Positions 10,301 to 18,778 of a stretch of DNA of 64,000 nt are shown piece after piece (the stretch's first letter is position 1; every line of letters starts with the position of its first letter). Source of the stretch: Candidatus Eiseniibacteriota bacterium. Its GTDB lineage: Bacteria > Eisenbacteria > RBG-16-71-46 > CAIMUX01 > VGJL01. Under the pieces are notes generated by a model, which did no database searches, was not told where the DNA came from, and saw only the letters and a list, made by a program, of their open reading frames with translations. The stretch lies in assembly GCA_963792585.1 (NCBI GenBank), contig CAWBWI010000006.1:992001-1056000 (forward strand). Direction: 5' to 3'. The translations under genes were made by a program, and so were the position numbers.

Positions 10301-11137
10301 GTACTGATTGGCGATGTTGTCATAGGCGACCGCGGAGAACTGGGCGTCATAGGTCTGATCGCCGTCGATCCCCATGTCGCTGATCCGGAAGTCGTTCGTG
10401 CCGATCTCGGGATCGATCGTCACCGGATAGGTCGCGTGCGCGAGCGCATCGCCGTCGACGATGATCCGCGTTCCGTCCGGCCGCGCCGTCAGACTTGCGG
10501 AGAGCTCCCGCCCCTCGGCGTCGAAGACACGCACATCTCCCATGCTCACGACACCGGCCCCGGTTCGCCAAAGCCATCCACCGGCGCAGCGTTCAAGATC
10601 GCCGTCGCAGCGCACGCTTCCTCCGATGACGAGGTCGGCGCCGTCCAGCGGCAGGGGACCGCGGAGGATGAACTGCTGTTCGACATGGTCGCTGCCGAAG
10701 AGATACTGCTCCTCGATATCACCCCGGATGTAGGAGATCCGCCTCGCCCCGACCTCGAGCGGCGTCGCAACGACGGGGGGGCACGTCGCGGCCGGCGCCG
10801 CCGAGGCCGTGGCATCGAATTGCCAGTGCCATTCCGGGCCACCGCGCCGGGGTCGGAACGTGATGCCGTCCTCTTCGAACAGGACAGTGTGCCGGGGATG
10901 TTCGAGTCGGAATCCCGCCTCCGTCTTCGACAGGGCATTGACGGCGATCGCGATCGCCTGCTCGGGAACGATCCACCCTTCCGCCGAGATCCGTTCCGGA
11001 TCCGATCCGGTGGCGCAGGGAGGGATCGACGCGCAAGCCGAGGGGAGGCCGGCGGCGCCCCCGAGACGGCAATCGGTCCAGCCCGTCAGGACGGCGACGA
11101 GGAGAAGGGAAGCGAGGAAAACGGCTCGGAAACGCAT
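7307..11137 (-). CDS. Large secreted repeat protein: N-terminal domain ending YPVTIDP, 14 x about 67-aa repeats, C-terminal FlgD/T9SS-like sorting domain
   Basis: Signal peptide MRFRAVFLASLLLVAVL; repeats NDFRxSDMGxDGD..DA..PAVAY...EYLVVWxGDD..GExEIFGQRI; CTD SPNP...LFDVQGR...GLPNGVYLAR. Confidence 0.85.
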   Translation of the reverse strand: MRFRAVFLASLLLVAVLTGWTDCRLGGAAGLPSACASIPPCATGSDPERISAEGWIVPEQAIAIAVNALSKTEAGFRLEHPRHTVLFEEDGITFRPRRGGPEWHWQFDATASAAPAATCPPVVATPLEVGARRISYIRGDIEEQYLFGSDHVEQQFILRGPLPLDGADLVIGGSVRCDGDLERCAGGWLWRTGAGVVSMGDVRVFDAEGRELSASLTARPDGTRIIVDGDALAHATYPVTIDPEIGTNDFRISDMGIDGDQTYDAQFSAVAYDNIANQYLVVWEGDDDTVGLGDGQFEIFGQRVDAASGAEIGTNDFRVSDMGPNGNAEYDATSPAVAFNPTNREFLVVWTGDDLSGLLVNGESEIFGQRIDATTGAEVGVNDFRVSDMGPDGDSLFDAVHPAVAYCAAQGEYLVVWDGDDNSGLLVEGDTEIFGQRIQAATGAEVGVNDFRLSDMGPDGDPLYDANAPAITYGSGPNEYLVVWEGDDNVGGLVDGESEIFGQRIAAATGAEVGANDFRLSDMGTTGSDVYDALAPAVAYAGGENEYLVAWSGDDNVGGVVDGEFEIFCQRIAAATGAEVGVNDSRLSQMGQDGDPLFDALAPAVAYNPTAHEYLVVWHGDTDGSGLGEGELEVFCQRVSAVTGAQAGTDDSRLSDLGTDGNTLAAALHPSVTFAAAQGQFLVIWEGDDDAVGLADDEFELWGQRVVAATGAETGVNDFRLSDMGPDGDIDYDADQPAVAYNPDRHQYLVVWQGDDDLGTLVDGETEIFGQRIDALTGREIGTNDLRISDMGPAGDPAYDAQSPVAVYSQVHQEYLVVWAGEDDNGALVNGEFEIFGQRIDAVTGAQVGVDDFRISDMGPDGDALYDAAEPALAYNPTLDEYIVVWEGDDNTLPLVEGETEIFGQRISGSTGAEVGSNDFRVSDMGSDSDFEFDAAVPAVAFNSSANQYLVAWAGEDNSGLLVNGEFEIYGQLLTGAGSAVGPNDFRISDMGTDGDPNFDAFAPAAAYDPFVNQYLVAWEGEDNIAPLVAGEFEIFAQRIDGAGGAQLGANDFRVSDMGPNGDPLYDAQAPAVVFNGREREFLVLWHGDDNTGLLADGESEIFGQRIVASTGLETGENDFRLSDMGPDGDGLFDALRPAVVYAAPINEFLVVWVGDDDALGIGPNEFEVYGQRYFYVPTSDVASGGLRPIGLAIENASPNPTGGILHISILVSEPGSVDLTLFDVQGRAVTRRTTSVSGEGVVNLELDTAGLPNGVYLARAAMGRGFDARRVVVAR
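7610..10399 (-). repeat. Coding tandem repeat, 14 units of about 201 bp
   Basis: CCCATGTCG and GAAGATCTC cores recur at about 201-bp spacing; 14 units counted in the translation. Confidence 0.9.
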
Positions 11138-11152
11138 GTCATCCGTCCTTTC

Positions 11153-12202
11153 TCAGGAGATTGTCTGGTTCGGGGCGAGGTCGGTCGCGCCCTCGAGCGG
11201 CGCGGGACACCCGAAGTACCGTTCGTGGGCGACATCCACGATTCGCAGGATGAGGCTGTTGAAGTCGTAGCCGGCGGCCCTCGCCGCCGTCACATAGGCG
11301 CCACCCTGTCCCAGGGACGCCATGGAGTTGATTTCGAGAACGAAGGGTTTGCCTCGATGGTCGAGGCGGATATCGACGCGGGCGTAGTCCCTGCACTGAC
11401 AGGCGCGGAAGACGCCCAAACCGACCTCTCGAATCAACGACGTGGAGGCGCCGTCGAGCGGCGCCGGGCAAAGCTTCTGCGGCTCATCCGACGTCTTGTG
11501 GAACTTGTCCGAACCCGTCACCATCCTCAGCGATCGCCCGCCGAAGTCGATCTCCGTCAACGGGAGGATTCCGGCCGATCCGTTTCCCAAGAGCGCGACG
11601 GCGACCTCCCGCCCTTCGATGTACTCCTCGACCAGGGCATCCTGCCGGAACTCGGTGACGATTCTCTCGACCGCGGGGCTCAACTCATCTCGATCGTGCA
11701 CGAGGGCCAGCCCGCAGCTCGTCGACTCGAAACGCGGCTTCACCACGAGCGGGAACGTCAGCGCATCCGCCTTCCGCAGCTCATCCGATCCGCCCATGAG
11801 ACAGAATGAAGGGGTGGGGATCCCCTCTTGCTGGATCCGCAGCTTCGTGAGCGCCTTGTCCAGGCAGATGGCGTGCGCACGCGGCCCCGACCCTGTATAG
11901 GGCACGCCGGCCATCTCGAGCATCACCGGAACCTGCGAATAGCGGGCCTCACCCTGACTCCCGTAGGACATGTTGAAGACCATCCCCGTCGGCCGCCCGC
12001 TCAGCGGATCGGGAGGCATGAACTCCTTCAGTTCATGAAGCAGGGTCATGTCGCCTTCGAAGACCGCGGCGACATGGCCACCGCTGCGAAGCGCGTCGAG
12101 GACGGCTTGAACAGACTTCCGGCCGTATGTCTCGGGAGACTTCTGCCCGAAGTGGTTGATCACACCTTGATCGGAACGGTTCCGTACGACGGCGATTCTC
12201 AT
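11153..12202 (-). CDS. D-Ala-D-Ala-ligase-like ATP-grasp peptide ligase (non-canonical)
   Basis: GVPYTGS, DKALTK, FPLVVKP, LVEEYIEGREV, YARVDIR, LEIN motifs; lacks the N-terminal GGxSxE of true Ddl. Confidence 0.85.
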   Translation of the reverse strand: MRIAVVRNRSDQGVINHFGQKSPETYGRKSVQAVLDALRSGGHVAAVFEGDMTLLHELKEFMPPDPLSGRPTGMVFNMSYGSQGEARYSQVPVMLEMAGVPYTGSGPRAHAICLDKALTKLRIQQEGIPTPSFCLMGGSDELRKADALTFPLVVKPRFESTSCGLALVHDRDELSPAVERIVTEFRQDALVEEYIEGREVAVALLGNGSAGILPLTEIDFGGRSLRMVTGSDKFHKTSDEPQKLCPAPLDGASTSLIREVGLGVFRACQCRDYARVDIRLDHRGKPFVLEINSMASLGQGGAYVTAARAAGYDFNSLILRIVDVAHERYFGCPAPLEGATDLAPNQTIS

Positions 12203-13212
12203 GAGAGCGGCTCCCTTTCGAGTGCAGGTCGTGGATACGATGAGGTCGACGGGTTCGGGCGAGCATCGCGAGCGAGCTCGGCGCGCGGCGGCGCAGTGGA
12301 GACGGCTCCGGCCTGCGCTGGGGCGAGGCCGAGCGCCAGGGCTGGGATCGGGCCGTCGACCACCGCGGGCTTCGCGATCCGCTTCTTGCCCTTCTTGCCC
12401 TTCCTCCTCTTCTTCACCGGAGGATTGAGGGACGAGAAGAGGCGGTAGCCGAGATACTCGGTGATCAGGATGATCAGGCCGATCTCGAGGATCAGCAGCT
12501 CCGGAAAGCGAACGAGGGTGGTTACGAAACCGGGGATTTCCGCGATCTTCGTGATGAGCACGGCGACGGCGGCCGTGACCGCGCCCCGCCAGAGCGCCGA
12601 ACGCTTCCCTTCCCGGTGGAGCGTGGAGGCAAACGCATCACCGGTAAGGCAAAGAGCAACAATGGGGAAGTAGGCCACGCGCCGGAGACCATCCAGGTCG
12701 AAGGAGCGGCTGATCGACAATGTGGCGGCGATCACCACGGCGACCGTGCTCATCACGACGGAGACCCTTCCGTAGTAGGGAAGCCGGATCCTCTTGAGCG
12801 GCCGGCGCACCGCGACGATGACCCCGAGAACGACCGCCAGAAAGAAGAGGCCGAGCGGGATTCCGGTCGCCTGAAACGCCACGGCGAGCAAGAAGGAGCG
12901 GAAGGGTCCGAGCACGCGGATTCCCAGCGTGACGCGGAAGAAGACGACGATGACGGCTGCCAGCGGCACCAAGAGGACCGATCCGACCCGCTTCCCCGTT
13001 TCTCCGCCGACGCCGGCCAGCGAGGATGCGTGCTCGAGAAGCTCCCCGATCGTCGTTCCCGACAGCTTGAGGCCGATCATCAGGAGGGGCAGCGAGACGA
13101 GCAGGACGACGAATGCCTTCCGGGCCCCGCGAATGCGCCCCCGACCCGTCAGCAGGCGCCGCCGCCCGCGCGCGTTTGGAGCGTCCGCACGGAGGCTCGG
13201 CTCAGACGCCAT
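12199..13212 (-). CDS. 7TM membrane protein of the inactive-transglutaminase-associated family (7TM_transglut-like)
   Basis: LVPLAAVIVVFFRVTLGIRVLGPF, FPIVAL, FPELL...EYLGYRL motifs; multiple TM segments; ATG 13212 overlaps the ggt 3' end; stop overlaps the ligase ATG. Confidence 0.75.
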   Translation of the reverse strand: MASEPSLRADAPNARGRRRLLTGRGRIRGARKAFVVLLVSLPLLMIGLKLSGTTIGELLEHASSLAGVGGETGKRVGSVLLVPLAAVIVVFFRVTLGIRVLGPFRSFLLAVAFQATGIPLGLFFLAVVLGVIVAVRRPLKRIRLPYYGRVSVVMSTVAVVIAATLSISRSFDLDGLRRVAYFPIVALCLTGDAFASTLHREGKRSALWRGAVTAAVAVLITKIAEIPGFVTTLVRFPELLILEIGLIILITEYLGYRLFSSLNPPVKKRRKGKKGKKRIAKPAVVDGPIPALALGLAPAQAGAVSTAPPRAELARDARPNPSTSSYPRPALEREPLS

Positions 13213-14893
13213 CAGCGGTGCCCTCCCGCCGGGGATCCGCCGCCCCGATCCAGTCCCCGTTCGCATCGCGCGCGATCGCCTGCACTCCGCCCATGGCATA
13301 GCTTCTGGACGCCTTGATCTGGACCGGCTGGAAGGAACGTGAGATCTCTTCGAGGACATCGGTCGCGGCCGCGCGCCGCTCCAGCATGACCCGCCCCGAA
13401 GTGGTTGCATGAATTCGCGGGGCGTCCACCGCCTCGGGAAGATCCATCCCCCGGTGAAGGATGTTCGCCATGACCTGGAGGATCGAGGAAGTGATGCGCC
13501 GGCTTCCGGCCGCGCCGATCGCAAGGATGGGGTCCTGCCCTCCATCCGGTCGCCGGCGCAGGACCAGTGTGGGCGCCGCATTGGATTGCGGGGTGGCCCC
13601 GCTCGCGAGACGGCTCGGGTGGCGGTACCGAGGACAGGTGCAGAGGTAATTGTTGTAGAAGAAACCGAGGCGGGAGTTCGCGACCTTCGCCCCGAACAGG
13701 GACTGCACCGATTGCGTGAGGCTGACGACCATCCCGGAGGCATCGGCGACACACAGATGCGTCGTGTCACCAGGTCCCTCCGCCGTCGGACGATCGGAGC
13801 CTGAATTCCCTGCGAGAATTCCACGAGCGATCTCCTCGGCCCGTTCGTCACTCACGAGCCACGCAAGGAGGGATCGAGGTGTGCCGTCCGCCCGAACGGG
13901 CCACCGATCCCGCTCCTGAAAGATCGCGCGCGTGACCTGAGCGATCGCCGCATACCATGTGGGGAGCGCGCACCCTTCGGGCAGTCCGAGTTTCTCGAGA
14001 ACCCGCAACCCCAAGAGCAGCTGCACGCCGCCGCCGGGCGGGGGAACGCTCACGATCCGGTACCCTTGGTGATCGATCGACAGCCCCTCCCTCGTGACGG
14101 GGAGGCGGCAGCCGGACAGATCTTCCCTGGTGATCAGCCCATCCTGCTCGCGCATGTCGGCGACGATGTCGTCCGCGATCGCTCCACGGTAAAAATCATC
14201 GACCCCGAATTCGGAGATTCGTTCCAGCGCGCGCCCCAACTCCGGCTGGCGCAGAATCGAGCCGGTCTTGAGCGGCTTTCCATCGGGCATGAAGCGACGA
14301 CGTGCGAGCGGGGACGCCTCGAGCGCCGTTCCGCACCACTGGATTTGCTTCCGAAGCAACCGCGTCACCGCGAAGCCCTCGTTGGCAAGAGCGGTGGCCG
14401 GTCCCAGTACCGCCGATAGCGGGAGTCTTCCGAATCGCTCCGATGCCGCGCCCAGGGTTGCGGGAGTGGACGGAATCGTGCACGCGCGCGCTCCGCGCCT
14501 CTGCTCGCTCCGGCTGATGCTCTTTCGGCCGGCCCCGGCCGGGCCGTGAGAATGACCGTCCAAGATCACGTTCTTCCCGTCCGGAAGGTGGATGAGCATG
14601 GTCGTCTGCCCGCCGAGACCGGAGCCGCTCGGTTCGCATACCGAGAGGGCCCAGGCGGCTGCGACCGCTGCGTCCACCGCGTTCCCGCCGGACCGAAGGA
14701 TCTCCATCGCCGCCTCGCTGGCGGCGGGGAACGCGGTGGCAACGACGCAACTGGGACCACGCGCGACGCGATCGGTCGGCCGTGCCTTGATCCCACTCCC
14801 GATTTCGGTCACGGCTACCCCCGGATGCGCAGGGTCGTTCATCGGACCCGGCGCCAGTTCCGTCGATGGACCGCCCGGCGGATGTCCCCGCAT
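13202..14893 (-). CDS. Gamma-glutamyltransferase family protein (start 14893 or 14842)
   Basis: ILRSGGNAVDAAVA, VCEPSGSGLGG, FYRGAIA, catalytic TTHL, GAADPRREG; ATG 14893 overlaps the kamA stop (TGATG). Confidence 0.92.
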   Translation of the reverse strand: MRGHPPGGPSTELAPGPMNDPAHPGVAVTEIGSGIKARPTDRVARGPSCVVATAFPAASEAAMEILRSGGNAVDAAVAAAWALSVCEPSGSGLGGQTTMLIHLPDGKNVILDGHSHGPAGAGRKSISRSEQRRGARACTIPSTPATLGAASERFGRLPLSAVLGPATALANEGFAVTRLLRKQIQWCGTALEASPLARRRFMPDGKPLKTGSILRQPELGRALERISEFGVDDFYRGAIADDIVADMREQDGLITREDLSGCRLPVTREGLSIDHQGYRIVSVPPPGGGVQLLLGLRVLEKLGLPEGCALPTWYAAIAQVTRAIFQERDRWPVRADGTPRSLLAWLVSDERAEEIARGILAGNSGSDRPTAEGPGDTTHLCVADASGMVVSLTQSVQSLFGAKVANSRLGFFYNNYLCTCPRYRHPSRLASGATPQSNAAPTLVLRRRPDGGQDPILAIGAAGSRRITSSILQVMANILHRGMDLPEAVDAPRIHATTSGRVMLERRAAATDVLEEISRSFQPVQIKASRSYAMGGVQAIARDANGDWIGAADPRREGTADGV

Positions 14894-16188
14894 CACAGGG
14901 AGCGCCCGTACGCGGCGGTGGCTTCCTCGGACCGCGAATTCGTTTCCATCTCCGCGGATTCGGATCGCCCCGAAAATGCCGCCGGCTTCAGTTGATCGAG
15001 CCAGATCGCCCGGTCGTCGCGGTGGAAGATCATCACACGGCCGACATTCTCCTCGTCCTTGGCCCGGTGATAGCGGGTGTATATGAAGTCGGCGTCGACG
15101 CCGATCACCTCGACCTTGCCGGTCGCGTGAGACATGCAGAATCGCGCGCGGCGCGACAGACCCGAAGACAGTTCCTGAGCCTGACTGAAGATCCTCCAGC
15201 TCTCCACGATCGGGATGTCGAAGGGCTCGTTTCCCGCAGTGGGTCTGCACTGAAAGACGTAGTATTGGGGCGCGCCCAGATTCGTCATCGTGTTGAAGAG
15301 CGCCGCCAGGGTTTCCGGTTTGTCGTTGATCCCCCGGATCATGGGGCACTGGTTCACGACGCGCGCGCCACTGCGCATCGCGCAGGTGACCGCCTCGCGC
15401 GCCTCGGCGGTGAGTTCCCGGGGATGATCGAAGTGCGCCATGATGTAGAGCGCTCTCTCGGGTGTGGCGATCTCCCGTATGAGGCGCTGCAATTCAGGGT
15501 CGTCGAGCAGGCGGAATGGATTGAACGCGAGCATCTTGCTGCCCGTGCGGATCGTGCGGACGTGCGGGATGGCCGCCAGGCGCTCGAGGATGGGCCGCAG
15601 TTTGCCGGTGCTCATGATCAAGGGGTCCCCGCCGGTCAGGAGCACGTCCGTGATTTCCGAGTGCGAAGCGATGTAGGCGAACGCGGGCTCGAGTTCGTGT
15701 ACGGCTTCGTCGTGGTCGTTCATGAAGAGCCGCTTCCGAAAGCAGTAACGGCAGTAAGCGCCGCAGACGTTGTTGACCAGCACCAGCGCCGTGTCCCGGT
15801 ACTTGTGCTGGACGCCCTGCGCCACCGTCACGGCAGCCTCGTTGCTGGCGTCGAGCTTTCCCCACTCGGTCATCTCCCCGCTCGTGGGGATGACGAGCCT
15901 TCGGATCGGGTCTTCGGGATCGTTCCAGTCGATCAGGTTGAGGTAGTAGTCATTCGCCCGGAAGACGTACCGCTTCGACACTTCCTCGAGCGCTTTCTTG
16001 GCTTCCTCGGACAGGCCCTCGACCTGTTGCAGGGAGCGGATGTACTTGACCTTCCTCGACTGCGAACCGGTGGAGGGAACCTCCACGCTGGCCGGCGTGC
16101 GCGACGGGCTCTGTCCAACGTATCCCGAATCTATCCCGGTGGTCTGGATGTCATAGCTGCTGGCCTGGGGTTCGTAATCGTTGTTCAC
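14893..16188 (-). CDS. KamA-family radical SAM protein (lysine 2,3-aminomutase-like)
   Basis: GVQHKY, CGAYCRYCFRKR, LLTGGDPL, HFDHPREL, NQCPMIRGIND; AGGAG RBS before GTG 16188. Confidence 0.92.
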   Translation of the reverse strand: MNNDYEPQASSYDIQTTGIDSGYVGQSPSRTPASVEVPSTGSQSRKVKYIRSLQQVEGLSEEAKKALEEVSKRYVFRANDYYLNLIDWNDPEDPIRRLVIPTSGEMTEWGKLDASNEAAVTVAQGVQHKYRDTALVLVNNVCGAYCRYCFRKRLFMNDHDEAVHELEPAFAYIASHSEITDVLLTGGDPLIMSTGKLRPILERLAAIPHVRTIRTGSKMLAFNPFRLLDDPELQRLIREIATPERALYIMAHFDHPRELTAEAREAVTCAMRSGARVVNQCPMIRGINDKPETLAALFNTMTNLGAPQYYVFQCRPTAGNEPFDIPIVESWRIFSQAQELSSGLSRRARFCMSHATGKVEVIGVDADFIYTRYHRAKDEENVGRVMIFHRDDRAIWLDQLKPAAFSGRSESAEMETNSRSEEATAAYGRSL

Positions 16189-16258
16189 GGCGTTGCTCCT
16201 CGTGCAAGGGACCGAATCTCAACTTCGACGGACCGGATTGAGACCGCGACCGGGTCTT

Positions 16259-16293
16259 CTCCTTGCAGTGCGACTCCACGCCGATTCGATACA
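16259..16293 (-). promoter_or_regulatory. Candidate ECF-sigma promoter for the kamA operon: TGTATC-N18-ACTGCAAGGAG
   Basis: Same bipartite motif as at 18079-18114 (both boxes identical) and similar to 18760-18795. Confidence 0.65.
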
Positions 16294-16493
16294 TCGATTT
16301 CGGGGAATTGAAGGAATGTCCTTCCGATGTGCAGAGTGGATCACGGGCGGATCAAGCCGTCGCGCACACACGCACGCATCCAGAGACGATGCGACCGCGC
16401 TAGAGAGCCGCGATGGTGGATGCAGCTACGGCTTGGTAACTGCGGATCGGGGGCGCGGATCCATCCGGCGGGGTGGACGAGGCTCGTCGCGAT

Positions 16494-17993
16494 CTATCGT
16501 GGAAGGATGCTCACGCGGGAACCCAGCGCTTCTCCTTCCGTCCCGATGCGAACGAAGTAGGTTCCCGGGGAAACGAGACGGGCCGCCTGATCTCTGCCGT
16601 CCCACACGGGCCGGTTCGACCGGCCGAGAACGCGCACGAGCCTTCCCGCGGAATCGAAGATCCGCACATCGAGCTCTCCGAGACTCTCGGGGGCAACGAT
16701 GCGTACATCGCCGGCGCTTGGATTCGGAACGGCGCGGAGATGCTCTCGAGCAAGGACCCCATCGCCCACCGCCGCAATCCCTTCGAGAGCCGCGGGGAGA
16801 TAGATCCGTCCGCTGCCGAGCTTGCCCTGGTATGGATCATTGCCCGGAATCTGGTCGATCGGATCGACGGCGGACTCGATCCGCAGTCGGACGACCTCGG
16901 GAATCTCCAGTGGAAGGAGACTTCGTATCAGGGCGGCCTCGCCGGCAACAAAGGGCGTGGCGAAGGAGCATCCGGCCCCCATGGCCCATAGCCCGCCCGG
17001 ATAGGAACTCCGAACGCCGGTACCGGGGGCGGCTACCAGGACCTTGGAATGCCAGTCGGCAAAGGCGGCTTTCGTGTCCAGCGAGTCGACGGCGGTCACC
17101 ATTTCCGCCTCTTCCGTCCCGGCGGGATAGTAGAGTTGCTCCAGATTGTCGTTGCCGGCCCCGGCGACGACGATGATGCCGTGTTCCCGGGCCAGCTCGA
17201 GCTGATGGCGAATGATCGCGACCCCGCGGGGAACTCCGAAGCTCATATTGAGCACATGGGCCCCTTGATTCACCGCGTAGCTGATTCCCTTTGCGATCTG
17301 GTATGCGTCGCCGTTGCCCTCGTCGCTGAGGACGCGAATGGGAAGGAGCGTGGCCTCCGGGGCGACCAGAGCCACGATGCCGGCGACCATGGTCCCGTGA
17401 CCGTAACCCTCGTCCGCGACGCCGTCCTGATCTTCATCCAGTCCGTTGGCGATCTCCCAGGGACTGCTGTCATCGTCGACGAAGTCGTATCCGAACGGGG
17501 AGAGCTTCGCTTGGATCGCTTCATGGCCGGGATCCACGCCCGTGTCCAGAACGGCAACGGTGACGCCGGCGCCTCGGCTCATCAGGTGCGCGGCATCGAG
17601 ACCGATTCGAGGGCCGATGCTCTGATCTTCGTAGTCGACGTAGCCTCCGCCGACGATGACGATCACCATCTGACGGATGGTCTCCGGCGTGTCGTGGAAG
17701 TAGTTGGCCTCGGCCTCCAGGATTGCCGGATCGGTTTCCATCTGCGATGCCAACCCTTCGACGTCACCCAAATCGGTCGCATCGAGAAGGTACAGGTTCC
17801 CTTCCGGGTAGGCGTCCAGTGTGGTGGTCCCCCAAACGGAGTTGACCTCCTCGATGACATGCCCAGGCTGCAGGTTCACAACCACCTGAGCGGCCTCGTA
17901 GTCATCGGCGATCGCCAGGGCGGGCAGGAGCAGCCCGATCGCGCAGAGGACCCGGCCCATCAGCGGTTGCAGAAGCTTCACGTTGCTCCTCAT
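16494..17993 (-). CDS. Secreted S8 subtilase with FlgD/T9SS-like C-terminal domain (copy 1)
   Basis: Catalytic triad motifs VAVLDTG, GHGTMVAG, GCSFATPFVAG; oxyanion AGAGN; signal peptide; CTD PNP...WDGRD..GTYFVR. Confidence 0.92.
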   Translation of the reverse strand: MRSNVKLLQPLMGRVLCAIGLLLPALAIADDYEAAQVVVNLQPGHVIEEVNSVWGTTTLDAYPEGNLYLLDATDLGDVEGLASQMETDPAILEAEANYFHDTPETIRQMVIVIVGGGYVDYEDQSIGPRIGLDAAHLMSRGAGVTVAVLDTGVDPGHEAIQAKLSPFGYDFVDDDSSPWEIANGLDEDQDGVADEGYGHGTMVAGIVALVAPEATLLPIRVLSDEGNGDAYQIAKGISYAVNQGAHVLNMSFGVPRGVAIIRHQLELAREHGIIVVAGAGNDNLEQLYYPAGTEEAEMVTAVDSLDTKAAFADWHSKVLVAAPGTGVRSSYPGGLWAMGAGCSFATPFVAGEAALIRSLLPLEIPEVVRLRIESAVDPIDQIPGNDPYQGKLGSGRIYLPAALEGIAAVGDGVLAREHLRAVPNPSAGDVRIVAPESLGELDVRIFDSAGRLVRVLGRSNRPVWDGRDQAARLVSPGTYFVRIGTEGEALGSRVSILPR

Positions 17994-18078
17994 CTCTCTC
18001 GGCCCCTGCCCGGGCGCAGGAACGGCGGGTAACACCCTCGTCGGCCCGGCCCTCGACCATCGGGGGCGACCTGAACGA

Positions 18079-18114
18079 CTCCTTGCAGTCGTCCATATTT
18101 CGGCGATTGATACA
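18079..18114 (-). promoter_or_regulatory. Candidate ECF-sigma promoter for subtilase 1: TGTATC-N19-ACTGCAAGGAG
   Basis: Lies between the divergent subtilase and ECF sigma genes; matches the motif at 16259-16293. Confidence 0.65.
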
Positions 18115-18205
18115 AAAGGATACCATTCCCCCGTTCCCAGCTTCCATCCCCCGTACCCCAGGGGTGCGCCCGGGGTTTGCGGGCCCGGCGGTCTATCGTG
18201 GTAGG

Positions 18206-18778
18206 ATGCTGACCATGCGTGAGTTGCACGGTTGGGTGGCGGATCTCCAGGCTGGTGACGACGGGGCCTGGAGGGAGTTCATTCGGGTCTTCTCTCGATT
18301 CGTCCCCCTCGTTGCCGGCCGGCTCGGCCTCACGGCGGAAGAAAAGGAGGAAGTCCTCCAGGAGATGACCCTGACCGCCTACCGATCGATCCGGAATCTC
18401 CGCGATCCGGAACGGCTGAGTTCCTGGACGTACACCATCGCCCGCCGGGCGGCCATCACCATGTGGCGCTCCAAGAAACGGCATCCGGGCTCCGAGCATG
18501 ACGAGGAGGCGGAATTCGACAGGCTTCCCTCCGGGGAGCCCGCGGTCGATACGATCTTGATCGATCACGAGGAAGGTCAGAAGCTGCGCGAGGCGGTCGC
18601 CACGCTTCGCCCTCTATGCCGTGGGCTCATCGATGACCTCTTCCTGAAGGAACCGCGGCGAAGCTACCAGGAGGTCTCGCAGGAACGGAGCATGCCGATC
18701 GGGAGCATCGGTCCGACCCTGGCCCGTTGCCTTCAGACCCTTCGCCAGGCATGGAAATCGGTATCAAATACAGGATGA
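18206..18778 (+). CDS. ECF sigma-70 factor (copy 1)
   Basis: Region 2 (AWREFI...EEVLQE...LRDPERLSSWTYTIARR) and region 4.2 SYQEVS...PIGSIGPTLARCL. Confidence 0.92.
   Translation: MLTMRELHGWVADLQAGDDGAWREFIRVFSRFVPLVAGRLGLTAEEKEEVLQEMTLTAYRSIRNLRDPERLSSWTYTIARRAAITMWRSKKRHPGSEHDEEAEFDRLPSGEPAVDTILIDHEEGQKLREAVATLRPLCRGLIDDLFLKEPRRSYQEVSQERSMPIGSIGPTLARCLQTLRQAWKSVSNTG

Noticed and set aside
7610..10399. Regularly spaced DNA repeats resembling a CRISPR array
   Set aside because: The period is about 201 bp, units are degenerate at third codon positions, and they lie in one open frame, so these are protein repeats. No cas genes are present in the window.
11153..12202. Housekeeping ddl
   Set aside because: Lacks the N-terminal GGxSxE and the NTxPG motif, and is not in a dcw/mur context.
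14893..16188. EpmB (EF-P beta-lysylation) assignment for the KamA protein
   Set aside because: No efp or epmA nearby, a different PLP-lysine motif, and an operon context of ligase/GGT.
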